Source: a bacterium
Lineage (GTDB): Bacteria > Patescibacteriota > Minisyncoccia > Phycocordibacterales > UBA2100
DNA: 64,000 nucleotides
Assembly (NCBI GenBank): GCA_030648265.1
Contig: JAUSHX010000013.1
Coordinates: forward strand, 3,030-67,029
Direction: 5' to 3'
Shown: piece after piece, positions 63,367 through 64,000 of the stretch
How the letters are laid out: every line of letters begins with the position of its first letter
Position numbering within the stretch: the first letter of the stretch is position 1
The notes under the pieces: generated by a model
Told to the model about the DNA's origin: nothing
What the model saw: the letters and a program-made list of their open reading frames with translations, nothing else
The model's database searches: none
Position numbers and translations under genes: made by a program

Positions 63367-64000
63367 TTATGGTTCTAGGTGTCCGATGGGCGTGTTGGCA
63401 CAGGATGACTGCGTCGGATTATACGTACTACCATCACAATAGTAGTAATATGTCGTCCCGCTTTCTGGGTCCCACCCGTAAACATTTACAATACAAGTCG
63501 CTGAACTGGTCAGAATCCCTGACACTGTAAGTTCCAATCCACTCTTAAAACAACCCCAAGATTCTTGATACACTTGAGAACCATAGACAGTCGGGCCGGC
63601 GGGGCCTTGCGGACCCGTTGGACCAGTGAGTCCCGTTGCGCCAGTTGCTCCTGTCCCACCAGTTGCTCCGGTTGCTCCAGTTAAGCCGGTTGCACCTGCT
63701 GGGCCTGCCGGTCCCGTTGCACCTGTTGCTCCGGTAGTTCCTGTTGCACCCGTTGCTCCAGCCGGACCTGTTGGTCCTGGAGGCCAACTCGTAACGCAGG
63801 ACGCGCCGATGCAGAATTTCGGAGAAGTAATGGCGCTAGTGTTCACTATTGTTCCCCCCGATAAGTATATGGACATGGAGTCAAAGATAGTGTTGTTGGC
63901 CGAGAAATCTCCATGTTTGATTTGAGTAGTAATGCCGGTATTTATGGGTGTATCGGTGTTCCCGTCTGGCGGAGCGGCTGTTGGCCCTGTCCATGCATAG
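63367..64000 (-). CDS. Second collagen-like triple-helix repeat protein (paralog of 60847-61488); the N-terminus runs off the window end
   Basis: The reverse-strand frame beyond the annotated Met continues ...[22 protein letters not shown]..., matching the conserved N-terminal region of the paralog. GATGATG tracts follow. Confidence 0.55.
   Translation of the reverse strand, partial: YAWTGPTAAPPDGNTDTPINTGITTQIKHGDFSANNTIFDSMSIYLSGGTIVNTSAITSPKFCIGASCVTSWPPGPTGPAGATGATGTTGATGATGPAGPAGATGLTGATGATGGTGATGATGLTGPTGPQGPAGPTVYGSQVYQESWGCFKSGLELTVSGILTSSATCIVNVYGWDPESGTTYYYYCDGSTYNPTQSSCANTPIGHLEP

Overview
This 64-kb window is a chromosomal segment from an unidentified bacterium that uses the standard genetic code (TGA is a stop), has about 50% GC and almost no Shine-Dalgarno motifs. 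It carries dense housekeeping genes: tsf and rpsB, ndk, leuCDAB-ilvE, a sufCBD-sufS-sufU Fe-S cluster, ilvA-ridA, a trp/aro supraoperon (trpF, trpCBA, aroC, an aroA-aroK fusion, trpD, trpG, trpE), purD, and LOG-map-adk-gmk-secY followed by 22 ribosomal protein genes from rplO to rplC (rpsJ is missing). Accessory genes are interleaved with these: an AT-rich KAP-family NTPase, a VirD4/TraG-like ATPase next to a methyltransferase, HicB-like and Phd/MazF toxin-antitoxin genes, two collagen-like surface proteins, and a GIY-YIG nuclease. The most unusual feature is repeat load. (a) Family 1 is an intercistronic palindromic element (stem ACCCAGCACC/GGTGCTGGGT, 18 copies) that fills the spacers of the ribosomal and trp/aro operons. 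One copy is a complete cassette of 21-bp inverted repeats around a GIY-YIG ORF. The others look like ORF-less derivatives, and two show compensatory stem changes. (b) Three further intercistronic hairpin families (2, 3 and 4) are present. (c) A 36-39-nt hairpin-containing mini-repeat is inserted in frame into ilvE (twice) and sufU. (d) Three paralogous membrane-anchored wHTH + PaaX_C/Cas2-like proteins each sit between two copies of their own palindrome, which carries TGATTC/GAATCA-like half-sites and a -10-like hexamer. (e) Small cassettes are bounded by diverged duplicate copies of host-gene 3' ends (aroC, sufU). No rRNA, tRNA or CRISPR array was recognisable.
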